A DNA stretch of 32,000 nt, taken from contig JAFQRY010000032.1 of the NCBI GenBank assembly GCA_017409845.1, positions 47,783 to 79,782 on the forward strand. Direction: 5' to 3'. Source of the DNA: Clostridia bacterium. GTDB lineage: Bacteria; Bacillota; Clostridia; Oscillospirales; Acutalibacteraceae. How positions within the stretch are numbered: position 1 is the stretch's first letter; each line of letters begins with the position of its first letter. The notes under the pieces are model-generated. The model saw only the letters and a program-made list of their open reading frames with translations, had not been told where the DNA came from and searched no databases. The position numbers and the translations under genes were made by a program. Positions 1 through 7,190 of the stretch are shown here, in pieces.

Positions 1-26
1 ATTAAAGACAAAAAGAAGGGGTACTT

Positions 27-989
27 ATGAAGAAATATATAAGTTTTACATTTTTTCTTGTGTTTGCTTTGTGTTTTATTTTGCCGGTATCGGCGGCATT
101 TGAGAGCTTTACGGGGATTGACATGATAATTCCGGGTGAGGGCCGTGAAACAGACTACGGAAATGAGTATAGTGAAAATGAAAGCTCAGAGGCAACCGTT
201 TATACCGATGAAGAAATCGGTCTGAGCTTTACCGTGCCTGCCGGATGGCAGGAAGATGAAAGAGCTGAAGATGTTGAACTTATGAAGGTGGCATATAACA
301 AAGGAAATATATACCCGATGATAGTTTACGGGTATGCCGATATGACGGCAGACGGCTCGGTTTCAATTTTTAGCAGTGCGGATATAGATAATGATTATTT
401 TACTGTTGAAGAGATTGCGGAATTTTCAGGGGTTTCTGCAGATAAGGTAAGTACAGTGAAGTATAACGGACTGGAGTTTTACGCAACAGAAAAGGACAGC
501 ATTTCTGTTCTCGGCATTGATGTCCCGATACATAACATAAATATGATGTATATAAAGAACGGTTATATTGTTTCTTTTCAGTTTATGGGTGATAAAGACA
601 GCGGGGAATTCAGGGAGTTTGAAGGAGTGCTCGAAAGCATCAGGATTGATGATAACGGAGTGATTAGTGAATCAACAAAAAACATGTATATATTCGCAAA
701 AATTCTTTTTTATACATTGATTGTGATTCTTCCCAATTCAATTCCCGTTTTGATTTTCAGATTCCTTATCAAAAGAAAACCTGTTTCAAAAAAGAGTGCA
801 AAGATTTTCAGCATAATTTATGCGGCTTTATCCTTCTTTGTTTCAGCTTTATTTTTTGCTATAATAGGTGAAGAAGATTTTACATTTGCATTTATTGTTG
901 CTGCATGGGGATTTGTGAATTATTGTATTCTTAAGTGTTGCCAAAAAGATGATAAAACCGATGTTATTCCTGTTGAGGAAGGAAGATGA
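27..989 (+). CDS. hypothetical secreted/membrane-anchored protein
   Basis: 320-aa ORF with a purine-rich RBS (GAAGGGG) about 7 nt upstream of the ATG. The N-terminus MKKYISFTFFLVFALCFILPVSA looks like a signal peptide. The last ~100 aa contain about 3 hydrophobic helices. No family recognised. Confidence 0.6.
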   Translation: MKKYISFTFFLVFALCFILPVSAAFESFTGIDMIIPGEGRETDYGNEYSENESSEATVYTDEEIGLSFTVPAGWQEDERAEDVELMKVAYNKGNIYPMIVYGYADMTADGSVSIFSSADIDNDYFTVEEIAEFSGVSADKVSTVKYNGLEFYATEKDSISVLGIDVPIHNINMMYIKNGYIVSFQFMGDKDSGEFREFEGVLESIRIDDNGVISESTKNMYIFAKILFYTLIVILPNSIPVLIFRFLIKRKPVSKKSAKIFSIIYAALSFFVSALFFAIIGEEDFTFAFIVAAWGFVNYCILKCCQKDDKTDVIPVEEGR

Positions 990-997
990 ATGCCTGC

Positions 998-1164
998 CCT
1001 GCAGAAACGGTGGGTTTGCAGGTAGGGGCGATTCACGAATCGCCCGAATGCAATCCTCCGTCTTTTTGCTTCGCAAAAATCCACCTCCTTTGAAAAGGAG
1101 GTAAAAGAACTGTGCAATTTCATTTTTTTGATTTTTTCAAAACGGCGGGATGAGGGCATCCCGC
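998..1164. repeat. copy A of a hairpin-dense modular intergenic repeat family
   Basis: Consecutive perfect hairpins: CCTGCA..TGCAGG (998-1022) and GGGCGATT-CACG-AATCGCCC (1026-1045). A module CCTCCGTC-[TTTTTGC-TTC-GCAAAAA]-CCACCTCCTTTGAAAAGGAGG lies at 1055-1101. GGCGGGATGAGGGCATCCCGC lies at 1144-1164. These modules recur at 12811-13056 and 14945-15083. Confidence 0.85.
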
Positions 1165-1293
1165 TCTACACTTAATTGCACATTTTATTATTTAATCGGG
1201 CAAGAGCGGAGCCCTTCCGAAACTTTGCACTTAAAAGTGTCGCCGCCCCCTACATTTATTTCGTTTATGTTTCAGCGACTTTATCGACAGTCA

Positions 1294-1326
1294 AACACCT
1301 CCGATTTTCGGAGGTGTTTTGTTATG
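1294..1326. terminator. rho-independent terminator between convergent genes
   Basis: 10-bp stem AACACCTCCG / CGGAGGTGTT with loop ATTTT, followed by TTTGTT on the + strand. It lies between the convergent CDSs 27-989 (+) and 1334-2284 (-). Confidence 0.7.
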
Positions 1327-1333
1327 CCGTATT

Positions 1334-2284
1334 TTATTTTATAAGGTCGTTCTTTTTGATGAAGTCGATTGTTTCGTCAACGGTTGTGAAGGCGAGGGCA
1401 ACTGTTGTATCTGCGGCACCGTAATAGATTGCTATTCTGCCTGTTTCTGCGTCTGCAAGAGCTGCACATGGGAAAACAACATTGGGAACATCGCCGACAA
1501 GCTCATAAAGCTCATGGGGTGCAAGCAGGAAGCAGTCTGCTCTGTGGAGAACCTTCCAGGGCTCATCCTTATCAAGAATTGCCGCACCCATTGCATATGT
1601 AAAGCCGTTACAGCTTGTGAGAACACCGTGATAGAACATAAGCCAGCCCTCATCGGTTTCAATGGGAGTGGGTCCTGCACCGACCTTTGTCATTTCCCAG
1701 TTCTTTTCGGGCTTCATAACGAAGCGGTGCTTGCCCCAATAGGTCAGATCCTTGCTGTGGCTGAGGAAGATGTCACCGTAGGGTGTGTGTCCTCTGTCGC
1801 AGGGACGGATAAGAAGAAGGAATTCATCATTGACCTTGCGGGGGAAGAGTACGCCGTTGCGGGCAACGGGATAGCATGCATCCTCAAGCTGTGTCCACTC
1901 TTTGAAATCGGTGGTGTATGCAATGCCGATTGTTGTGCCGTGAGGAGTGAGATTTACCCATGAAAGATAATACTTGCCGTCAATTTCGCAAAGTCTGGGG
2001 TCATAGCCTCTGAAGATAACCTTTTCTTCGAGCTCCCAGTTGATTGCATCCTTGCTGTAGCCGACAACAAGAGTATGATCACGGCTCATAACATCAACTC
2101 TGAAAACGCCTGCAAAGCCGTCGCCGTAGGGCACAACGGCAGAGTTGAAGATGCTGTTTGCCATATAAAGGTTGTCACGGGTGATAATGGGATTTGAGCT
2201 GTAACGCCACACGGGATATTTGTATCCCTCGGGCTTTTCCTGCCAGGGAATGTTGGGAATATTCTGTCCGATAATCTTTGCCAT
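1334..2284 (-). CDS. glycoside hydrolase family 130 protein (beta-mannoside phosphorylase-like)
   Basis: 316-aa ORF with GGAG RBS 7 nt upstream. The N-terminal pattern PWQEKP..YPVWRYSSNPIITRD..SIFNSAVVPYGDGFAGVFRVD and the five-bladed-propeller-like repeats are typical of short GH130 enzymes. Substrate specificity cannot be called from sequence alone. Confidence 0.75.
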   Translation of the reverse strand: MAKIIGQNIPNIPWQEKPEGYKYPVWRYSSNPIITRDNLYMANSIFNSAVVPYGDGFAGVFRVDVMSRDHTLVVGYSKDAINWELEEKVIFRGYDPRLCEIDGKYYLSWVNLTPHGTTIGIAYTTDFKEWTQLEDACYPVARNGVLFPRKVNDEFLLLIRPCDRGHTPYGDIFLSHSKDLTYWGKHRFVMKPEKNWEMTKVGAGPTPIETDEGWLMFYHGVLTSCNGFTYAMGAAILDKDEPWKVLHRADCFLLAPHELYELVGDVPNVVFPCAALADAETGRIAIYYGAADTTVALAFTTVDETIDFIKKNDLIK

Positions 2285-2295
2285 AATTTATCTCC

Positions 2296-4230
2296 TTATT
2301 TAATATGTCTCATCTGGTCAACATCCTGCCATTTTACTTCAAATCCCGCACCGTGGGAGCAAAAAACGGAGGATGAAGGATTTTCAAGATCTCTTTCTTT
2401 TTCGTATGCGATTTCACGAATGACTTCTTCGGCATTGTGACACGGTCTGAATCCGCTTTCACGCAGGGAAATGCTGCCCTTGCCGCCCGTGTATGCCGTT
2501 ACCTCTTCGGGATAATCCATAAACTTTGAAACGGGACCGCTTCCTCTGATTACTGCCCGTGTTTCCGTCATCTCGGGAGGATCAAATTCTCCGCAAAGAC
2601 GCTGAATATCCGAAATTGCTCTGCCGAAACAATCAAGCGATACACGGAGAGTGAATGAATAATAAGGCTCAAGAAGAATGCTTTCCGCCTTTTCAAGACC
2701 CTGCCTGATTGCTCTGTAGGTGGCTTCACGGAAATCGCCGCCCTCAGTATGCTTGAGGTGTGCTCTGCCCGCCGTGAGAATGATATTGACATCGGTCAGG
2801 GGCGAGCCCGTGAGAATGCCGACATGCTCTTTTTCAAGAATGTGGGTGAGAATGAGATTCTGATAGTTTGAATCGAGAAAATCGAGGCTGCATTCGCTTT
2901 TTGCGTTGATTCCGCTGCCTCTTGCGGCAGGCTCAATGCGAAGCTGAGTTTCCGCATAGTGACGCAGAGGCTCATAATGACCGTAGCCCATGACGGGCGA
3001 AGCAACTGTTTCTTTATAAAGAATGCGGCATTGACCGAAATTGATTTCAATTCCGAAACGGTCTTTGACGAGTGATTTTATGATTTCAAGCTGAATTTTG
3101 CCCATGACGCTTATCTGAATCTGTTCTTCTTTTAAAAAGAAAACGGTTTTGACCGAAAGCTCGGGCATTTCTTCGCTGAGTATACGCAGTTTTTGCACGG
3201 CGGTGTGGATATCCGTGCCGTCGAGGATATCAACCCTTGACGAAAGCAGGGGATGAAGCTTCGGAGTGCTGTTTTTTATCTCACCGTTCAGGCTTATTAT
3301 ATCGCCCGGAAGCGTTCCCGAAAGCCCCGAAACGGCACAGACACCGCCTGCGGTGATTTCATTTACTCCTTCGCTTTTTTCGCCCGAATAAATAAGAATA
3401 CGGTCGATTTTTTCGTTGCCGAGAGGCATTCTGACTGTCAGCTTACCGCCTGTTATTTTCAGAAAGCTCAGTCTGTTTCCCTGAGAATCGTGAAGGATTT
3501 TATAGACCTTTGCACTGAATTCGTCGGGATATTCCTTGCAGACGGTGAATTTTTCAACAACTTCAAGCAGGCGGTCAACGCCCTCGTTTCTGAGAGCAGA
3601 GCCGAAAATGCAGGGGAAAATTTCACGGCTGAGAACGGCTTGTGCAATTTCGTTCTGAAGGGAATTTTCGTCGGTTTTGCCTTCAAGAAATGCTTCGAGG
3701 ATTTTTTCGCTGTGCATCGAAATATCCTCGGCTTTTTCCTCATTCAGGGTTTCGCCGAAATCCGTGCAGCCGTCTGAAAGAATGCTTTTCAGCTCCGTGA
3801 GCACGGCGGCTTTATCAAAACCGTCACGGTCTGATTTGTTGACGAAAATAAAAACGGGAATATTGTATTCCTCAAGAAGCTGCCAGATTGTTTCGGTGTG
3901 GCTCTGCACTCCGCTTATGCCGTCAATGACGAGCACCGCATAGTCGAGCACGCCGAGAGTGCGTTCCATTTCCGCCGAAAAATCAACATGCCCCGGAGTG
4001 TCGACAAGGGTGAATTGCTTCTCTCCGAGAGTGAACGGATTCTGCTTTGAGAAAATTGTTATTCCTCTGCTTCTTTCAAGCTCGTGTGAATCAAACCACG
4101 AATCTTTTTTGTCAACACGGCCAAGCCGACGGATTGCTCCTGCTTTGAAAAGCACGGCTTCGGTCAGCGTGGTTTTTCCCGCATCAACATGAGCGAGAAT
4201 TCCTATTGTGTTTTCTTTTGATTGAATCAT
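2296..4230 (-). CDS. translational GTPase of the Tet(M)/Tet(O) ribosomal-protection / EF-G-like family (divergent)
   Basis: 644 aa. G motifs are AHVDAGKTT (G1), DTPGH (G3) and NKSD (G4). Length and collinearity match the ~640-aa Tet(M)-type proteins, including the C-terminal LLEPYYSF block. Confidence 0.8.
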   Translation of the reverse strand: MIQSKENTIGILAHVDAGKTTLTEAVLFKAGAIRRLGRVDKKDSWFDSHELERSRGITIFSKQNPFTLGEKQFTLVDTPGHVDFSAEMERTLGVLDYAVLVIDGISGVQSHTETIWQLLEEYNIPVFIFVNKSDRDGFDKAAVLTELKSILSDGCTDFGETLNEEKAEDISMHSEKILEAFLEGKTDENSLQNEIAQAVLSREIFPCIFGSALRNEGVDRLLEVVEKFTVCKEYPDEFSAKVYKILHDSQGNRLSFLKITGGKLTVRMPLGNEKIDRILIYSGEKSEGVNEITAGGVCAVSGLSGTLPGDIISLNGEIKNSTPKLHPLLSSRVDILDGTDIHTAVQKLRILSEEMPELSVKTVFFLKEEQIQISVMGKIQLEIIKSLVKDRFGIEINFGQCRILYKETVASPVMGYGHYEPLRHYAETQLRIEPAARGSGINAKSECSLDFLDSNYQNLILTHILEKEHVGILTGSPLTDVNIILTAGRAHLKHTEGGDFREATYRAIRQGLEKAESILLEPYYSFTLRVSLDCFGRAISDIQRLCGEFDPPEMTETRAVIRGSGPVSKFMDYPEEVTAYTGGKGSISLRESGFRPCHNAEEVIREIAYEKERDLENPSSSVFCSHGAGFEVKWQDVDQMRHIK

Positions 4231-4236
4231 ATATCC

Positions 4237-4265
4237 ATTATAGCAAATACAAACATATATATCAA
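4237..4265 (-). promoter_or_regulatory. sigma-A-type promoter directly abutting the GTPase start codon (possible leaderless mRNA)
   Basis: The minus strand reads TTGATA-17 nt-TGcTATAAT. The -35 is at 4260-4265 and overlaps the pnuC stop. The -10 is at 4237-4242. Only 6 nt (GGATAT) separate the -10 from the ATG at 4230-4228. Confidence 0.5.
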
Positions 4266-4954
4266 TATCCGCTTCGCTGTCTTTCAGACATTTTTTGCCA
4301 GCTTATGAAGCCGTAGAGGTCGTTGATGAGGAAAACAACAAAACAGATGATGACGGATATATAGGATATATCATGCATTGCGGCAAGAATCCAGAGAATA
4401 ATCAGCACAATATCGTTTGCCGCATAGGCGAGAGCGAAATACGCACTGCGGCGGAAGGTAAGATATACCGCGGCAAAGCTTGTTGTTACCGAAACAGTGC
4501 CGGGAATGATATTGGCAGTGTTGAAATATCTGAGAATGTAATAAAAAATAACAGTCACGATTGCCGTGAGTATCACCATGAAAACGATTTCTTTTCCTTT
4601 AAGGAGGTTGACGGCAACCTCGGATTTCCTGCCCTTATATGGATTTCTGAGCCACGAAATGAGGGCGAAAAGAGCCATCGGACCCGTCATGCCGAGATAG
4701 GTTATCATTTCTCCGTAGTAGGCGAAGGAATATGATATTATTCCGTAGAGAATGCTGAAAATAACCATCAGAAGCTGACCGAAGGGATTGCCTCTTGCGT
4801 TAAAAATAAGAGAGGTTACTCCTATGAGGGAAGCTGCAAGGGTGAGAAAGTTTTCTCTGTCAAAAGCAATAAATGAAATGATTATAAATACGGTTGAAAG
4901 GCTCCAGAGTACGAGCTCGGTTTTGGTGAAATAAGAAGTGATTTTTCTGAACAT
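4262..4954 (-). CDS. pnuC: PnuC-like nicotinamide riboside/NMN transporter
   Basis: 230 aa with about 7 TM helices and GGAG RBS 6 nt upstream. The N-terminal pattern (TKTELVLW..., NARGNPFG, SWLRNPYK...) resembles the PnuC family. The assignment is from memory of the family. Confidence 0.6.
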   Translation of the reverse strand: MFRKITSYFTKTELVLWSLSTVFIIISFIAFDRENFLTLAASLIGVTSLIFNARGNPFGQLLMVIFSILYGIISYSFAYYGEMITYLGMTGPMALFALISWLRNPYKGRKSEVAVNLLKGKEIVFMVILTAIVTVIFYYILRYFNTANIIPGTVSVTTSFAAVYLTFRRSAYFALAYAANDIVLIILWILAAMHDISYISVIICFVVFLINDLYGFISWQKMSERQRSGY

Positions 4955-4965
4955 GATAAACTCCG

Positions 4966-5020
4966 AAAAAAAGCATCCGCAGATACATCTTCAAAGACCT
5001 AACGATGTATCACGGATGCT
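4966..5020 (-). terminator. long interrupted hairpin plus T7 tract (oad operon terminator / possible pnuC attenuator)
   Basis: The minus strand reads AGCATCCG-TG-ATACATC [14-nt loop] GATGTAT-CTG-CGGATGCT followed by TTTTTTT. The T tract ends 14 nt before the pnuC ATG, immediately ahead of the GGAG RBS. Confidence 0.75.
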
Positions 5021-5063
5021 TAAGTTTAATTAAGCGACTACCCGGTGGCAGTCATGTATTCTG

Positions 5064-6242
5064 TTATTTGCCGAACATCATAAGCAGGAAGCCTGCTGCA
5101 ACGGCTGAGCCGATAACGCCCGCAACATTGGGACCCATGGCGTGCATGAGAAGGAAGTTGGTGGGGTTATATTTTCTGCCCTCGGTCTGAGCAACACGGG
5201 CTGCCATGGGGACGGCTGAAACGCCTGCCGAACCGATGAGCGGATTGATTTTGCCGCCTGTAACAACATAGAGGAGCTTTCCGAAAAGAAGTCCGCCGAT
5301 TGTTGAGAAAGAAAAAGCGACAAGACCGAGAACAACAATCTTGATGGTGCTCCACTGAAGGAACTCCGTGCCGTTTGTTGTTGCACCGACGGTAACGCCG
5401 AGCATGATTGTTACGATATTGGTCAGTGCGTTCTGTGCGGTGTCGCTGAGTCTGTCGGTAACGCCGCAAACCTTGAGAAGGTTGCCGAACATGAGCATAC
5501 CGATAAGCGGAGCGGCATCGGGAATGAGGAAAGCAACAACAACGAAAACAACAACGGGGAAGATAACCTTCTCTGTTTTGCTGACTGTGCGCAGCTGCTT
5601 CATTTCAACCTTTCTTTCCTTCTCGGTTGTGAGAAGTTTCATAAGAGGAGGCTGAATGAGGGGGATGAGTGCCATGTATGAATATGCCGCAAGAGCGATG
5701 GGGCCGAGAAGATGGCCTGCGAGCTTTGAGGCAACGAGAATTGCTGTGGGTCCGTCTGCACCGCCGATGATAGCGATTGAAGCTGCTTCCTGAGGAGTAA
5801 AGCCGAGCAGGATTGCAATGATGAATGCAATATAGATGCCGAGCTGTGCGGCTGCACCTAAAAGAAGGCTTACGGGGTTTGCGAGGAGAGGACCGAAATC
5901 GGTCATTGCACCGATGCCGAGGAAGATGAGGCAGGGGAAGATTGAGCTCTTGACACCTGCGTAAATCAGTCTGAGAACGCCTGAGTCATACCAATGGGCA
6001 CCTTCAACAATGTTGGAGGTATCCATAAGACCCGTCGGGTCGTCCATCATGCCTGCACCGGGCATGTTTGCAAGAAGAATGCCGAATGCGATGGGAACGA
6101 GAAGCAGCGGCTCAAACTTCTTGACAATAGCAAGATAAAGGAACACAACGGAAACAAGAATCATAACGGCGTTCTGCCACTGAAGCAGGGCAAGACCCGA
6201 GCTTTCCCATATTCCCTTAAGGATTTCTAAAATAAAGTCCAT
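5064..6242 (-). CDS. oadB: Na+-translocating decarboxylase beta subunit (OadB/GcdB/MmdB family)
   Basis: 392-aa polytopic membrane protein. The N-terminus (LLQWQNAVMILVSVVFLYLAIVKKFEPLLLVPIAFGILLAN) and overall composition are typical of OadB. AAGGAGA RBS. It is the last gene of the oad cluster. Confidence 0.85.
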   Translation of the reverse strand: MDFILEILKGIWESSGLALLQWQNAVMILVSVVFLYLAIVKKFEPLLLVPIAFGILLANMPGAGMMDDPTGLMDTSNIVEGAHWYDSGVLRLIYAGVKSSIFPCLIFLGIGAMTDFGPLLANPVSLLLGAAAQLGIYIAFIIAILLGFTPQEAASIAIIGGADGPTAILVASKLAGHLLGPIALAAYSYMALIPLIQPPLMKLLTTEKERKVEMKQLRTVSKTEKVIFPVVVFVVVAFLIPDAAPLIGMLMFGNLLKVCGVTDRLSDTAQNALTNIVTIMLGVTVGATTNGTEFLQWSTIKIVVLGLVAFSFSTIGGLLFGKLLYVVTGGKINPLIGSAGVSAVPMAARVAQTEGRKYNPTNFLLMHAMGPNVAGVIGSAVAAGFLLMMFGK

Positions 6243-6253
6243 CGGTGTTCTCC

Positions 6254-6676
6254 TTAGCCGATAACTGCAAGAACTGCATCGGTCTCAACTGTTGAACCCT
6301 TTGAAACGAGAACCTGCTTGATTGTGCCTGCACAGGGAGCAACGATTTCGTTTTCCATTTTCATTGCTTCGAGAACGATGATAACATCGCCTGCGTTAAC
6401 TGTTGAACCGGGAGCAGCGTTGACTGCAAGGATTGTGCCGGGCATGGGAGCGGTAACATTTGTGCCGCCTGCAACGGGAGCTGCGGGTGCTGCTGCGGGA
6501 GCGGGAGCTGCTTCGGGAGCAGGTGCAGCTGCGGGTGCTGCAGGAGCTGCAACGGGTGCGGGAGCTGCAACGGGTGCTGCAACAACGGGTGCATCCGATA
6601 CGTTCATTATAACTGCCTGGGTTTCTTCAACCTCTACTTCATATGCTTTACCGTTAAGATTTACAACGTATTTCAT
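6254..6676 (-). CDS. biotin carboxyl carrier protein (stand-alone biotinyl domain of the decarboxylase)
   Basis: 140 aa. An Ala/Pro-rich linker is followed by a biotinyl domain with the EAMKMENEI biotin-attachment motif. The GGAGG RBS lies inside the end of the upstream gene. Confidence 0.9.
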   Translation of the reverse strand: MKYVVNLNGKAYEVEVEETQAVIMNVSDAPVVAAPVAAPAPVAAPAAPAAAPAPEAAPAPAAAPAAPVAGGTNVTAPMPGTILAVNAAPGSTVNAGDVIIVLEAMKMENEIVAPCAGTIKQVLVSKGSTVETDAVLAVIG

Positions 6677-6681
6677 AATAA

Positions 6682-7179
6682 TTATTCCTCCACTTTTCTG
6701 ATTGATTTGAAGCTGAGTCTTTCAAGCGGAATGCCGCTTTCTTTACTTACGATTGCCATTATTGTTGCCGCTGTGCGCTCGTCAACATCAACAAGCTCGG
6801 TTATGCCTCTGATTGACCTGAAAGCAAGTCTTTCGAGAGGAATGCCGCTCTGATTGCTTACGAGAGCCATGATAACTGCCGCTGTGGGCTCATCAACATC
6901 AATGAGCTGAGTTCTGCCTGCCGCATAAACGGCGGGAGCAGCGGCTGCGGGAGCTGCTGCAGGAGCAGGAACAACGGAAACGCTGTTTGCGGCATTTGCC
7001 GCAGCTTCGGAAGCCTCTGTGCCTTCTCCGCTGAGCTTGCCTTCAAGAGCACGGATAATCTTTGAGAGAAAAACAATGAGGACTGCAATTATTGCAAGCT
7101 CAAAAATAACTACCGCAATGCCTGCAACGGCAACGAGCAATGTTTCTTGCATGGTTAATGTGATTTTATCTGCAAACAT
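6682..7179 (-). CDS. oadG: OadG-like small membrane subunit of the Na+-pumping decarboxylase, with a duplicated C-terminal motif
   Basis: N-terminal TM helix ([25 protein letters not shown]), an Ala/Pro linker, then two 31-aa repeats [31 protein letters not shown]. The start is set at the ATG at 7179, where GAGG lies 9 nt upstream. The GTG at 7188 from the ORF track has no spacing to the SD. Confidence 0.7.
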   Translation of the reverse strand: MFADKITLTMQETLLVAVAGIAVVIFELAIIAVLIVFLSKIIRALEGKLSGEGTEASEAAANAANSVSVVPAPAAAPAAAAPAVYAAGRTQLIDVDEPTAAVIMALVSNQSGIPLERLAFRSIRGITELVDVDERTAATIMAIVSKESGIPLERLSFKSIRKVEE

Positions 7180-7190
7180 ATTCGTCACCC

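Noticed and set aside
849-1424. Small ORFs 849-1076 (-), 920-1159 (-), 1150-1344 (+) and 1176-1424 (+) in the first intergenic region. Similar ORFs occur at 12867-13110 (-) and 14916-15191 (-).
   Set aside because: They are read straight through the palindromic repeat modules. Two of them begin with the same MPSSR peptide, encoded by the 21-nt hairpin. They have no RBS and run across terminator hairpins.
1319-1963. Long antisense or out-of-frame ORFs inside well-supported genes. Examples: 1319-1963 (+), 3253-3777 (+), 4295-4735 (+), 6318-6701 (+), 9100-9609 (+), 15614-15994 (+), 17150-17755 (-), 24903-25556 (+), 27365-27883 (+), 31028-31591 (-).
   Set aside because: Each lies entirely within, and opposite to or out of frame with, a CDS that has clear family motifs. 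They have no RBS and their composition is low-complexity (Ser/Arg/Cys-rich), typical of shadow ORFs.
2296-4230. Acquired tet(M)-type resistance gene on a conjugative transposon.
   Set aside because: No Tn916-family genes, leader peptide or mobile-element borders are nearby. By eye the protein looks clearly diverged from Tet(M) even in the G domain. The gene sits in a chromosomal array with pnuC and GH130. It is kept only as a Tet-family-like GTPase.
6430-6600. GC-rich, highly repetitive GCTGC/GGAGC DNA that gives overlapping ORFs in three frames (6318-6701 +, 6361-6594 -).
   Set aside because: It encodes the Ala/Pro-rich flexible linker of the biotin carboxyl carrier protein (and a similar linker at 6900-7000 in the OadG-like gene). 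This is a normal feature of these proteins, not an independent repeat element.
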